A stretch of DNA of 64,000 bases from a virus. Shown piece by piece: positions 48,696 to 58,950 of this stretch. The notes beneath the pieces were generated by a model. That model saw nothing but the letters and a program-made list of their open reading frames with translations. It did no database searches and had not been told where the DNA came from. Location: UHGV virus genome UHGV-1364187, one strand, 5' to 3'. Within the stretch, counting starts at the first letter, position 1. The number at the start of each line of letters is the position of its first letter. The translations under genes were made by a program, and so were the position numbers.

Positions 48696-49853
48696 TTAAT
48701 ATCTTCTTTGTGTAGTTGGTAGCACTGTCCATAACCCCAGATACTTAGGTTTGTAAGAATCTGATTTAGCTAATGAATCTCTAAGTTCTTCTAATTTAGA
48801 TAATAACATACCCCATCTTTTTATTTCTGATTCTGATAATCCTTTTTCTAATGATAAATAATCAGATACAATATTAATCTTAGAATTAATATCTCTCATG
48901 ATATCCATAGCTTCTATTTCGTTATCAACATTTTTGATCTTGATTTGATATACATAAGTATCGTCTTCTATAGCTTTTAATCCAGATCTTTTCAATCCTC
49001 TAAATACTGATTCTACAATATAATTTAAAGCACTTTCTCTTATATAAGTCTCATTAATTGGTTGTTTAAATGATTTAATAAGACTATCTTTAAGTTCTTT
49101 GTTATCTTGTTTTTCTAATTTGGAACCAGAATATTGATTAATATCATCCATACATCTTGTGATAAACTTTCTTCTTTCGAAGATTTGTTTATATACTGTT
49201 AATGTCCAGAATAATGTATTTAATTTTCCTTGTGGTCTAAACGTACCTCTAGCTTTAAGAATTTTAGTGAATGCTGATTCTAAATCTGGACCATAGCCCA
49301 TCTCTATAGAGAATCTATCAGCTTCAAATTCTTCTTGATCTTTCTGGAATATGGATTGTATTGATTCTATAGTATGTCTAAGTGCATAATCAAATAACTT
49401 GACACATTTATGAACATCTAATGTAGTTGTATTAGTTCTATTTTTAGTTTGATATTCTATAATAGAATCTTTTATAATTTCACTATTAGCTTTATCATTT
49501 TGTGCAATATGTCCAACTTCATGCATAAGAATAGTAGTTAATTCTCTTGCAGTAAATCCGTTCAATTCATCAAATAATTTAGAATCAAATTCTATTACAT
49601 AATTATTTTGTGTATTATTGTTCTCTTTTAATGTAAACGTATTAGCTACAGTAGTAGGAGTTAAGTTCAAGTATACTTTCATACCAAAGAATGCTTTATC
49701 TGTATTAAGAGTATATATAACATCTTTACATATATTATTACCATGATAGAACTTATTGAGTTCTTGTTTAATTAATCCCAATTCGTAAGAACCAGGTTTA
49801 CCTTTAGACAGAATATCAGCAAATATTCTATCAAATATAGTTAAATCATACAT
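48696..49853 (-). CDS. HExxH zinc-metallopeptidase-like protein of 385 aa.
   Basis: TTILMHEVGHIAQND (HE-V-GH, the same pattern as the ImmA/IrrE M78-type HExGH motif). Confidence 0.45.
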   Translation of the reverse strand: MYDLTIFDRIFADILSKGKPGSYELGLIKQELNKFYHGNNICKDVIYTLNTDKAFFGMKVYLNLTPTTVANTFTLKENNNTQNNYVIEFDSKLFDELNGFTARELTTILMHEVGHIAQNDKANSEIIKDSIIEYQTKNRTNTTTLDVHKCVKLFDYALRHTIESIQSIFQKDQEEFEADRFSIEMGYGPDLESAFTKILKARGTFRPQGKLNTLFWTLTVYKQIFERRKFITRCMDDINQYSGSKLEKQDNKELKDSLIKSFKQPINETYIRESALNYIVESVFRGLKRSGLKAIEDDTYVYQIKIKNVDNEIEAMDIMRDINSKINIVSDYLSLEKGLSESEIKRWGMLLSKLEELRDSLAKSDSYKPKYLGLWTVLPTTQRRY

Positions 49854-49951
49854 TATAATTCCTCCTTATATGTTCAATTTACGTATTATATATAAGTTGA
49901 CAATAAATAGACATACAACCATTTGTAGTTGTATGTCTATTATATATTTTA

Positions 49952-51682
49952 TTAGAATCCTTTACTATTAAGGATTGTAACACGTCCTTGTACTGGTTGA
50001 TATTCATAGAATTTCCAACGATCAAATGCATGAATTGCTGGTAATGTTGGGTTAGCAGCATTTCTAATATCATTTGCAATGTAAAGTTGGTAATCGTATA
50101 CCATGTACATAATTCTGTTTGTTCCTCTTGGTTTAAGAAGGATAATAAGGTCATCTGGATTATTTCCATTTCCTGACCAATGACCTGTATTAAGGTTTTT
50201 ACGAATTTTATCTGTAGAGATGAATTCATATCTACGGTTATCTGTTGTAACAACAGTTTTCTTGAAGTCTAATGCAACTCCACCTTGAGTAGTATTAGAA
50301 CCTGTTGTATATGTGATTGGCATTGTTTTACGAATTAAATCAGTTCTACCAATTACAGTGATATCCACGTTTGGATCGTTCCAAACCTGGATCATGTCTG
50401 TTGCTAATGTATCTAACTGATCCATGAATAAGTCATGTCTCCATTGAACTGGAGAACTAGATAAGTATCCACCTTTTAATGCAAAATCAATAGAATCACT
50501 GAATTTTTGTGATTTATGTAATGTTGCATATGATTTATCAAGTTCTTGTTTGATAGAGTCATCTTTCCAGTTACCCATTACGTCTTTAATCATAGACATA
50601 AGTTTAGTAAGTTGGTTTACTCCATAAAGAGCTTGAACGTCTTTGATTTCTTCTGGAGATACAGGAATGTTAATAGGAATTGATGTACCAATTTCTACTA
50701 AGCTTTCTTCTGTTTTCCATTTTACACTACATGTATTTACTAAGCCATTAGAAGTATCTTTTCTAGCTGTAAGTCTAATAGCTTTAATATTTCCTCCAGT
50801 ACAATGAGCAACTAATTGGTCATTGTATAACATAGCTGATAAGTAATCTCCTACTGGTTCAGCATCTGGATGTTGATCTGCACAAACGTCGTTTGTGATT
50901 TTGATTGTTTCATTAACATAACGTTTTTCACCATCACCATAACCTGGTGTAAAGCCATAATTTACATCAATCCAAACATCTGCAGTAACAGCTGGAGTTA
51001 GAATACTACCCATAGTGTCATATACAGGTGGTGTTGTAATAACAGTTGCTAAGATACCAGAAATATATGATTCAACAGCGATATGATCTTGAGCACCAGC
51101 ACCAATAGCATCAATAAGATTTGTTGTTGCTTGTTCTGGTAAAGTCATTTCGATAGTTTTGAATGGAACTGTTGAATCGAAAGCATCTTTGATAGCACTT
51201 TGTTCATAGAATAAATCAATTTCTTTTCCATCTGGTGTTGTCATGAAACGTTTTTCCATAGTGATAGTAAATTTAGGAGTATTAGCTACACCACGAGAAA
51301 TACCACCATTATCAAATACGTTGTTCATCATGAAATATTTATGCATTGGAAAAGCCATACCAATAACAGGGTTGAAAGTTGCTAAGTTACCAGCAGCTTC
51401 AAGTACACCTTGACGGTCGTTTTCAAATAATTGATTCATGTCTTCTTCATGTTCATTCATAGCAACAGGATCTAATTCTTCTGTTGTAGAATCTTCAACG
51501 AAGAATTCACGTAGAGCACTATAAGCATCTTCCCTTTGACAAATTTTTGCACTTTCTGAAAAGAAATCAACTTGTGATTCATTCATGATATCACCGATTA
51601 CACGTGCAAATTTTTGTGCATATGGTTGTAATGCTGTTGAAGAAAAACTAAATTTGTTATCTTTATTTTTACCAAAGATCAT
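49952..51682 (-). CDS. Putative major capsid protein of 576 aa.
   Basis: Lies immediately downstream of an acidic, coiled-coil scaffold-like gene and near the gp21-like protease. Noticeably higher GC and less extreme codon usage than its neighbours. Candidate propeptide cleavage site GVLE/AAGNLATF at about residue 96. Confidence 0.5.
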   Translation of the reverse strand: MIFGKNKDNKFSFSSTALQPYAQKFARVIGDIMNESQVDFFSESAKICQREDAYSALREFFVEDSTTEELDPVAMNEHEEDMNQLFENDRQGVLEAAGNLATFNPVIGMAFPMHKYFMMNNVFDNGGISRGVANTPKFTITMEKRFMTTPDGKEIDLFYEQSAIKDAFDSTVPFKTIEMTLPEQATTNLIDAIGAGAQDHIAVESYISGILATVITTPPVYDTMGSILTPAVTADVWIDVNYGFTPGYGDGEKRYVNETIKITNDVCADQHPDAEPVGDYLSAMLYNDQLVAHCTGGNIKAIRLTARKDTSNGLVNTCSVKWKTEESLVEIGTSIPINIPVSPEEIKDVQALYGVNQLTKLMSMIKDVMGNWKDDSIKQELDKSYATLHKSQKFSDSIDFALKGGYLSSSPVQWRHDLFMDQLDTLATDMIQVWNDPNVDITVIGRTDLIRKTMPITYTTGSNTTQGGVALDFKKTVVTTDNRRYEFISTDKIRKNLNTGHWSGNGNNPDDLIILLKPRGTNRIMYMVYDYQLYIANDIRNAANPTLPAIHAFDRWKFYEYQPVQGRVTILNSKGF

Positions 51683-51754
51683 CTGAAATTCCTCCTTTAA
51701 GGGTTTTTACTTATTTCAAGCATTTATTATATAGTTATTTCTGGAAGTTCTAAA

Positions 51755-52471
51755 TCACTGTTTTTTAGGAGCTATTTCTTGAAAAAGTTTTTCTATATCT
51801 TTGAGAATAAGAAGATAAAATTCATATTGTTTTATATTTTGTATATATGAACGTGTTTCATATGTATAATACATATAATGTTCAACTTCATCTTGTGTTT
51901 CTGATAATTTCTTATTTATAAATTCTATAACATTTTGTACTTTTGGTTCTGGTTTTATTCTTTGTAATTTTGTTTTTACATCATCTATTACATCATAAAG
52001 TTTTTTAAAATTTGATTTAAGTTCTTTATTCTTTATTTCCATTTCTTTATCTGACAATTTAAATAAGTTTTTCTCTTTCTCAACTAGTGGATTTGTATTT
52101 GGATCTGATATATTATCATCCATATTTTCATCTCCAGTAGTATCTGTATCTCCACCATCTTCTGGAGGAGTATCACCATCCATAGTATAGTCATCTCCTC
52201 CATCATCAGTAGTGTCATCTGTTGGTTCATCTCTATTATCTTCATTATTAGTCGGTGGTTCTTCATCATCTAAAGTGTAATCATCCCCACCATCATCTGT
52301 AGTAGTGTCATCTGTTGGTTCTTCTTCTGGAGTTTCTTCTGGTTGATCATCTGTATTATCAACACCACCATCTCCAGCATTTAATGTATAATCATTTTCT
52401 GGTTTTTCTTTAGGTGGATTAGTGTTTTTAATAGTATAATCCACCTCATTAATTATTCTTCCAAATATCAT
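51755..52471 (-). CDS. Putative scaffolding protein: a highly acidic Asp/Thr/Gly repeat region plus a C-terminal coiled coil.
   Basis: Repeated PTDDTTTDDGGDDYT and EPTDDTTDDGGDDYT segments. The position immediately upstream of the capsid gene fits. Confidence 0.45.
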   Translation of the reverse strand: MIFGRIINEVDYTIKNTNPPKEKPENDYTLNAGDGGVDNTDDQPEETPEEEPTDDTTTDDGGDDYTLDDEEPPTNNEDNRDEPTDDTTDDGGDDYTMDGDTPPEDGGDTDTTGDENMDDNISDPNTNPLVEKEKNLFKLSDKEMEIKNKELKSNFKKLYDVIDDVKTKLQRIKPEPKVQNVIEFINKKLSETQDEVEHYMYYTYETRSYIQNIKQYEFYLLILKDIEKLFQEIAPKKQ

Positions 52472-54327
52472 AATACACACCCACTTTCATGATATAATCT
52501 AATATTATACTTAATTCTCTTATATTCTTTTTCATATCTAGCTTGTAATCTATATAGTTCTTCTAATGCTTTATCATCACCTTTCATTTCAGCTTGATTG
52601 ATTTTTCTTTCAATAATCTTTTGTTGAACTTTAAGTTCATCTAAGATATATTGTTTTTCTTTAATAGTAGCTTTCTTAGATACAGCATATCCTACTAGTA
52701 TTGTAAGTGCTGTTGCAACAGGAGCAAATAATGCACCAACAGTTCCAGCAGCTGCCAATTTAACCATCTTTGTTAGAGAAGGAGCAACTTTACCTTTAAT
52801 AACATTTTCTCGTTTTTCTAAAGACATTGAACGTTGAAAATCTCTAACAAATATATCAAATCTATTATCAATCTCGGAACATATAGCTTTTTCTTTAGTG
52901 GTAAGTTTGGTCATTGTATTTTTAAGTTTTTCTTTTACAAGTTTTACCGTATTCATTAGATTACCACCCTCGTCTATAAGAGTATTAAGTTTATTTTCAT
53001 TAATCATTGTATGAATTATATTAATATCATCATAATTTTCATTTTCTATAGCTTCACTAATACAAGATAACAATGCAAAGTTTACAACATTAGATTGCTC
53101 TAAGAAATCATCATCCCAATCATCATCAAGTTCATCATCCATATCACTCTTAAGACTATTTTTATAATCTTCTACCTTTTCAATACATACATTTAATTTA
53201 TCTAGATATTTTTTTAGTTCTTCTGTTTCTTTCTTATCTATCTTTTTCTGCACTTTTTTCTTTTCAGATTTAAGAGCATCTAAATATCTATCAGTTTGTT
53301 CTATATCCATATTTTTACTAATTACATATTGAACAAATGCTGATAGAATACCTAATACTGGATGAATATATGCTACACCAAGAGAAGTTATAGTACCAGT
53401 AATGATACCAAATACATGTGGACAATCTTCAACACATTCTTCTAAAGATCTAGCATATACTTTAGTCATTACACCTTTTAAACCATCTACAGATTTTGTA
53501 GATACCTTATAAGCATCACATGAATCTTTAATCTTGTTCTTTTTCTTAAAGATACCATTTGATAATTCTTTCTTTTCTTCAAAAATAGCAAGAACTTCTT
53601 GTTTTGATTCATCTGAATACAAATTCATTTCTGAAATTACATTCATAATTTCAGATTTGTCTAAAGATGAATGATCCACATAATATTCTGATACAGTTTT
53701 TAATATAAGAGATTCATTAACAGCAATCTTTGCACTATTAAATGCAAATAATATAGATTCTAATGTAATATTAAATCTATATAATTCTTTTACATTAGGA
53801 TAGTTTACAAACATAGATTCTGTTATATCTGTAAGTACTTGTTTTCTATATTCATCATTATTGGACATATTAAATTTACAGTTTCTAATAGTTCTATTAA
53901 GATCTAATTTATTATTGATCTTTTCATAGTTTTCATTAATTCTGTTATATAACTTATATTTTTCTAATGTATCTAATAAATCATAGTTTACATCCTCTGC
54001 AGTAGATACTTCTTCTACTAAATTTGATAAACAGTCTTCTGATATTCTATATAGTAATTCTCTATCCATATAGTTTATAATAGTTTTTTGTTCAGTCTCA
54101 TTAAAACTTGAAAGTTTCTGAATTACTTGACATGTAACAGTGTCAGGATTATGTGATATTCCCGTCCAATTTTCTATCACATATTTAATATCATTAACTG
54201 TTTTACAGTCTGTTAGTTTTCTCTTTATATTACTAACACTTTCTGTTATTTGTTTTATAATTGAATATTTCTTATTGTATCTTACTTTCATTAATGATTT
54301 TATACTTATTGTTTTCATAGTATTCAT
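52468..54327 (-). CDS. Hypothetical protein of 619 aa with two hydrophobic segments, possibly a head-internal or ejection protein.
   Basis: FGIITGTITSLGVAYIHPVLGILSAFVQYVI and LAAAGTVGALFAPVATALTILVGYAV. Confidence 0.65.
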   Translation of the reverse strand: MNTMKTISIKSLMKVRYNKKYSIIKQITESVSNIKRKLTDCKTVNDIKYVIENWTGISHNPDTVTCQVIQKLSSFNETEQKTIINYMDRELLYRISEDCLSNLVEEVSTAEDVNYDLLDTLEKYKLYNRINENYEKINNKLDLNRTIRNCKFNMSNNDEYRKQVLTDITESMFVNYPNVKELYRFNITLESILFAFNSAKIAVNESLILKTVSEYYVDHSSLDKSEIMNVISEMNLYSDESKQEVLAIFEEKKELSNGIFKKKNKIKDSCDAYKVSTKSVDGLKGVMTKVYARSLEECVEDCPHVFGIITGTITSLGVAYIHPVLGILSAFVQYVISKNMDIEQTDRYLDALKSEKKKVQKKIDKKETEELKKYLDKLNVCIEKVEDYKNSLKSDMDDELDDDWDDDFLEQSNVVNFALLSCISEAIENENYDDINIIHTMINENKLNTLIDEGGNLMNTVKLVKEKLKNTMTKLTTKEKAICSEIDNRFDIFVRDFQRSMSLEKRENVIKGKVAPSLTKMVKLAAAGTVGALFAPVATALTILVGYAVSKKATIKEKQYILDELKVQQKIIERKINQAEMKGDDKALEELYRLQARYEKEYKRIKYNIRLYHESGCVL

Positions 54328-54427
54328 TCCTTTCTATACTCATTATTTCAAATTACTATAGTGTTAAACTCATAACCCTATAAGTTAACACATAGGTAAT
54401 TATAAAAAATAAAAGGAGGACATTATA

Positions 54428-55231
54428 ATGGTAAACAATATAGGATATATGATCTGTGAAGTAGCATCTTCAGAAGCTAGAAAACCTGTTATCGTTGATA
54501 GGGTAAACGATCGTGTAGTAATAGAAGCTATTTTACAAGATCTTAATATTAAAAATAGAAATGGCAGATATTATTCAACAGAAGAACTAATACCTCAATT
54601 AACATGTGAAAGAACAATGGAACTTCTTAATGCAAATGGTATTCCTGGTGAAGCTGGTCATCCATTAGCAAAAGATTTAGTACGTCAACAATCTATAGAC
54701 CCAATGAGGGTAAGCCATTATATAACAAAATTATGGCATGATAGAAATGATATTAAAGGTCATGTTAGAGCAGCCAGAGGTCAAGCTGGTGATTTATTTA
54801 ATGATACAGTTCTTGATGGCATTAAAATGGCATTCTCATTAAGAGCACTAGGTACAGTTGTTAATACAAAAAATGGTGCAGAAGTTAAAAATATTAAAGT
54901 AATTACATGGGACTGGGTGTATTATCCATCGCACAAACGTGCATATCAAACTGGTATTGTTACTGAATCATCTATAATGAATGATGAACAAAATGGTGTT
55001 ACTGGATTATTTACACCATTTAATACAAAACAGGTAATAAACTTTATTAAAGAATCATCATGTAATTTCAAAACTATAACAGAATCTTTTGAATTTTTAT
55101 ATAAAGATATTACCATGATAGATCCTAAACATGTACAACTTGTAGCTGATAGTGGTGAAGTTGTAGTTTGTAAACTAGAAGATCATGTAAGTAATGAAAT
55201 TATGTCATATTGTAGAGGATTTAAATACTAA
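54428..55231 (+). CDS. Prohead core protease, T4 gp21-like.
   Basis: IPGEAGHP matches ILGELNHP of T4 gp21, FSLRALGTV matches VSLRGYG, and ...NRNGRYYSTEEL matches ...NRRRYPADVW. 267 aa. Confidence 0.55.
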   Translation: MVNNIGYMICEVASSEARKPVIVDRVNDRVVIEAILQDLNIKNRNGRYYSTEELIPQLTCERTMELLNANGIPGEAGHPLAKDLVRQQSIDPMRVSHYITKLWHDRNDIKGHVRAARGQAGDLFNDTVLDGIKMAFSLRALGTVVNTKNGAEVKNIKVITWDWVYYPSHKRAYQTGIVTESSIMNDEQNGVTGLFTPFNTKQVINFIKESSCNFKTITESFEFLYKDITMIDPKHVQLVADSGEVVVCKLEDHVSNEIMSYCRGFKY

Positions 55232-55237
55232 AAAATA

Positions 55238-55267
55238 AAAGATAAGAGTCTATAGACTCTTATCTTT
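55238..55267. terminator. Bidirectional terminator AAAGATAAGAGTCTA-TAGACTCTTATCTTT.
   Basis: 15-bp palindrome between convergent genes. Confidence 0.65.
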
Positions 55268-56120
55268 ATATATAATATAATTCTTTATTGATATAAGTAT
55301 TACTATCATTTGAATATATGTAATATTTATCTGAATGAACAAATCTTAATTGCATCTTTCCATTACTATCATAGATATATTTAAGGTTATCATGATTATC
55401 ATAATAATATGTCTTTTTATCAATATAAGATCTATATTCTATAATTTGTCCTTTAGTATTATATGAGATGAATGTATCACCAATGCCACTATATATACAA
55501 CATAATAATCCATCATCATTATATGAAAATCTATACTTGACATTGTCTATATGCTCTTCTAATACTAAATTTGTATTAGGATTTATTATTTGGAATAGTT
55601 TAGTTGTACCGCTACATAAATCTTCACAATAAACACTATAACATACTAAATCATTATAAGATTTTATTTGTGATTCAAATAGATATGATTTATCTAATAT
55701 GCGTTTATTATATTTAGAATGAACTGTAATTTGAGTTCTTTTATGTCCTAGATTTAATGTCTTCATTATATATAAATGAATATTATTACGATTTGCAACG
55801 TATTCTTTACAATCTTTTATATCTACAAGTCTATAAAAATCTCCATACTTATAGTTTATAATAGCATCTATAATTACAGTATGTTTTGTATATTTGATAT
55901 TTATTTCTACAATAGGTTTTTCAAATTCATCATCTAATAATACAGCTTTAACTGGTTTATTATTACTATATCTTACATTATAATGGATATTATCTTTAAA
56001 TAAAGATTTAAGATTACCATTAGGCATCTTTCTTAAACGATATACTAATTTAGGTCTTCTTTCATTATTATATTTATAAATCTTTCTGTCTCTTAAAGCT
56101 AAATCTTTCATTATGAACAT
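55266..56120 (-). CDS. Hypothetical Tyr/Asn-rich protein of 284 aa.
   Basis: ORF with SD AAGGAGATG. Confidence 0.7.
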   Translation of the reverse strand: MFIMKDLALRDRKIYKYNNERRPKLVYRLRKMPNGNLKSLFKDNIHYNVRYSNNKPVKAVLLDDEFEKPIVEINIKYTKHTVIIDAIINYKYGDFYRLVDIKDCKEYVANRNNIHLYIMKTLNLGHKRTQITVHSKYNKRILDKSYLFESQIKSYNDLVCYSVYCEDLCSGTTKLFQIINPNTNLVLEEHIDNVKYRFSYNDDGLLCCIYSGIGDTFISYNTKGQIIEYRSYIDKKTYYYDNHDNLKYIYDSNGKMQLRFVHSDKYYIYSNDSNTYINKELYYI

Positions 56121-56146
56121 CTCCTTTAATATTTATCATATTCACT

Positions 56147-56168
56147 ATAATAATATATAGTTGAAATT
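56147..56168 (-). promoter_or_regulatory. Class-B promoter-like motif.
   Basis: Minus-strand sense AATTTCAACTATATATTATTATAGTGAA. Confidence 0.45.
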
Positions 56169-56222
56169 CATTTTGCTTAGTAAAAACACTATAATAATTA
56201 AAAAATAAAGGAGTGTGATAAT

Positions 56223-56990
56223 ATGTTTACTAACTCTATGTCTAGACTATTAAATAAAGTTGCTCTTATGTTAGAAGTTGGATATATAGAACAATTCTTT
56301 CCAGATGAAATTAAAAGAGACAAATGGGTAGAAGTTGTAACTGGTACTAGCTTATTAGATTTTTCTAAATATGTACCAAATGAAGTTCCATATCAAGTTC
56401 ATACTAGTACTATGGATAAAGATGGTTGGTATTATATTGATGAATCATTTATTCCTGGAAACGTAAAAATTCTTGGAATACGAGATTTGGATTTCGAAAT
56501 GTTATCTAGAGATTCTACATCCATTGTAGGTTCATCATATTATGGTGTATATGACACACAAAGTATATATAGTTTTACAGATGTAATGGATGTTCAAATG
56601 TTAGCTGATACTAATAGTATATTTAATAATGGTATATATGTAGAATTTAAAGAACCTAATAGAATTAGACTTAAAACATCTACTAGGGATTTTATTAAAT
56701 ATCCAGCACCAACTTTTCCTATTACTATTTACTTATCTCATGCAGAGAATCTTCTTACTATATCTCCTACTAAGATGGAACTATTAGAAGAATTATCCGC
56801 TTGTGATATAGCAAAATTCTTATATGCAACACTTAAGTATTTTGATCATTTTGAAACTTCATTTGGTAATGTAGAATTAAAACTTGAGACAATAGAAGAA
56901 TACAAGAATAAAAGAGATGAGGTTATGCAAAAATTAAAAGATGGATTTATTTCTGCTGGCGGATCATACCCATTATTTATGACAGTATAA
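56223..56990 (+). CDS. Hypothetical protein of 255 aa.
   Basis: ORF with SD AAAGGAGTGTGATAATATG. Confidence 0.75.
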   Translation: MFTNSMSRLLNKVALMLEVGYIEQFFPDEIKRDKWVEVVTGTSLLDFSKYVPNEVPYQVHTSTMDKDGWYYIDESFIPGNVKILGIRDLDFEMLSRDSTSIVGSSYYGVYDTQSIYSFTDVMDVQMLADTNSIFNNGIYVEFKEPNRIRLKTSTRDFIKYPAPTFPITIYLSHAENLLTISPTKMELLEELSACDIAKFLYATLKYFDHFETSFGNVELKLETIEEYKNKRDEVMQKLKDGFISAGGSYPLFMTV

Positions 56991-56996
56991 AAAATA

Positions 56997-57021
56997 AAGA
57001 AGAGTACTAATACTCTTCTTT
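56997..57021. terminator. Bidirectional terminator AAAGAAGAGTA...TACTCTTCTTT.
   Basis: 11-bp stem. Confidence 0.65.
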
Positions 57022-57029
57022 ATTATCTT

Positions 57030-57515
57030 TTATTCTTTTGGTTCTATTGTTGCTGGAACAATCAGTTGTTTAATCTCATTTACACTTTTATTGAGTTGAT
57101 TTTCCAGATTATCAATTCTAATATTCATTCCACATATAGCATTCATAATCTTTTGTTGATTACTTATAACAGATGGTATAAATATATCATTTAATAATTT
57201 ACCAATATTATATAACTGGTTAAGATTATCAATATCATACGAATTACCATTTATATCCATCATTGTTGTAAATGGATAATATTGAGTATTATCTGTAAAA
57301 GTATCTTTAACTTTATCTATTTCGTATATTGGATTATTCATTTGGAAATTTGGATCATGATTTTGATCTGTATATGTACCATTCATATAGATAGATGGTA
57401 ATAATTCATAAGAAATCCAATTCTTAAATTCTTCAGCGAATGGCATTTTAGAACTATAAATTAAATTGAATACATCTGGTAGTTTAATAAAATTTGTAGA
57501 ACGCTCTCTATTCAT
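57030..57515 (-). CDS. Hypothetical protein of 161 aa ending in ...LIVPATIEPKE.
   Basis: ORF. Confidence 0.65.
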   Translation of the reverse strand: MNRERSTNFIKLPDVFNLIYSSKMPFAEEFKNWISYELLPSIYMNGTYTDQNHDPNFQMNNPIYEIDKVKDTFTDNTQYYPFTTMMDINGNSYDIDNLNQLYNIGKLLNDIFIPSVISNQQKIMNAICGMNIRIDNLENQLNKSVNEIKQLIVPATIEPKE

Positions 57516-57723
57516 TGAATCTATTACCTGTTGTTTTGACAGGTAATCGCAATGTGCCTTTAATGCAAGAACGACTCTTTGGATGATAACCTAAAATATC
57601 TAACACATCATTAGCACAGAATAACGTATCCATCTGGTTACCACTCTCTGCTGGGATAATTCTTACACTTCCTAAATTGTTGAAAATAAACTCTTGTACT
57701 TTATTCATTTTTGATTCCTCCAT
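57508..57723 (-). CDS. Small protein of 71 aa containing RIIPAESGNQ.
   Basis: ORF with SD GGAGGAATCAAAAATG. Confidence 0.55.
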   Translation of the reverse strand: MEESKMNKVQEFIFNNLGSVRIIPAESGNQMDTLFCANDVLDILGYHPKSRSCIKGTLRLPVKTTGNRFNE

Positions 57724-57760
57724 TTATTTTAAATTTTTTATTTTAAAATAGAATATTCTA

Positions 57761-57785
57761 TTCACTATAATAATATATAACTAAG
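57761..57785 (-). promoter_or_regulatory. Class-B promoter-like motif.
   Basis: TTCACTATAATAATATATAACTAAG. Confidence 0.4.
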
Positions 57786-57823
57786 ATTTATATTAAAATA
57801 AAGACTAAGAGATTAAAATTCTC

Positions 57824-57964
57824 TTAGTCTTTATTATACTTTTTAGATTGCTCGTTTACAGGTTTTCTTTGTTTTGTTTTTCTTTTTGTTCTAAATGTAT
57901 CTTGTTCTTTAGCGTCGAAATCTTCCCATTCTTTAATAGCTGTTTCTAAGTTCATATTTTTCAT
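57824..57964 (-). CDS. Small basic protein of 46 aa (MKNMNLETAIKEWEDFDAKEQDTFRTKRKTKQRKPV...).
   Basis: SD GAGAGGA 11 nt upstream of the ATG. Confidence 0.35.
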   Translation of the reverse strand: MKNMNLETAIKEWEDFDAKEQDTFRTKRKTKQRKPVNEQSKKYNKD

Positions 57965-58083
57965 TTTAATTTATCCTCTCTATGTAAAGTTTTATTCAAC
58001 TGTAACAAGACATTCATTAATAACTTCTTCAGCATACATATAAATTCCTCCCTCAAAATTAATAATACATAATTGTTAGCATG

Positions 58084-58860
58084 TTAATCAAAGAAACCTT
58101 TCTTAAGTTGACGTCTTTTGTTACCTTCTAGCTTATCAATATCAGGTTCTTGATTTTCATATATTTTATTTTGATCATTAGGTTGCCACATATTTGTACC
58201 GAATGGTGGTCTTCCGAAATATGCCATTAATGTACTAGCGGCATTGTACATATCTATAGATCCAATTAAATAATATAATTCCATAAATGAATCCATATTC
58301 ACTTCAAAACTATTTCCATTATTGATTGTAAATACAACACCAGAAACCATTTCTCCTTTATTATCCATTACACATGGATGTATTATTATATAATTACCTT
58401 GATTTAATCCTTTTATTATTAATTCATGTTGACCGAATATAACCATTTTATTATCTCTCGTACCATAAATTCCTGGTATATATTTACCGTCAACAATATC
58501 ACCCATAAACCAATGATATATTATTTCAAATTGACTTCGTATATATAATATATCACATGCCCGTATCATAATAAAATCTTTATTACCAAATTCATCTTGT
58601 CTAGAAGACTCAATAGATAAATAATATGTCATATGTCTTCTAATAGTATTTCCTGCAAATACATTACTATATTTTCTAGTTTCATATCTATATTCTGTAT
58701 GAAATGGCATCTTTTTACCATCATTACTCATATTTGATAATGAAACATTGAATCTTAATAAATAACTACATTTAGATGTCTTACTATATCCTAACCACAT
58801 TAAATCATCTGTTATTTTTTCATAATCATCATGTACAAATACAGCTGGAATTTCAGCCAT
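58084..58860 (-). CDS. Hypothetical protein of 258 aa.
   Basis: ORF with SD GGGAGGAATTGTTATG. Confidence 0.7.
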   Translation of the reverse strand: MAEIPAVFVHDDYEKITDDLMWLGYSKTSKCSYLLRFNVSLSNMSNDGKKMPFHTEYRYETRKYSNVFAGNTIRRHMTYYLSIESSRQDEFGNKDFIMIRACDILYIRSQFEIIYHWFMGDIVDGKYIPGIYGTRDNKMVIFGQHELIIKGLNQGNYIIIHPCVMDNKGEMVSGVVFTINNGNSFEVNMDSFMELYYLIGSIDMYNAASTLMAYFGRPPFGTNMWQPNDQNKIYENQEPDIDKLEGNKRRQLKKGFFD

Positions 58861-58910
58861 AACAATTCCTCCCTTAAGTATTACAATTAGTACAAAGTTA
58901 AGCTAAAAAT

Positions 58911-58936
58911 AAAAGTCTACTTTTTAGTAGACTTTT
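58911..58936 (-). terminator. Hairpin AAAAGTCTAC...GTAGACTTTT.
   Basis: 10-bp stem. Confidence 0.6.
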
Positions 58937-58950
58937 ATAATTTGTAAATT

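Noticed and set aside
57992-58039. 15-codon micro-ORF with a GAGGGAGG SD (MYAEEVINECLVTVE).
   Set aside because: It is too short to support without expression data, so it is only noted.
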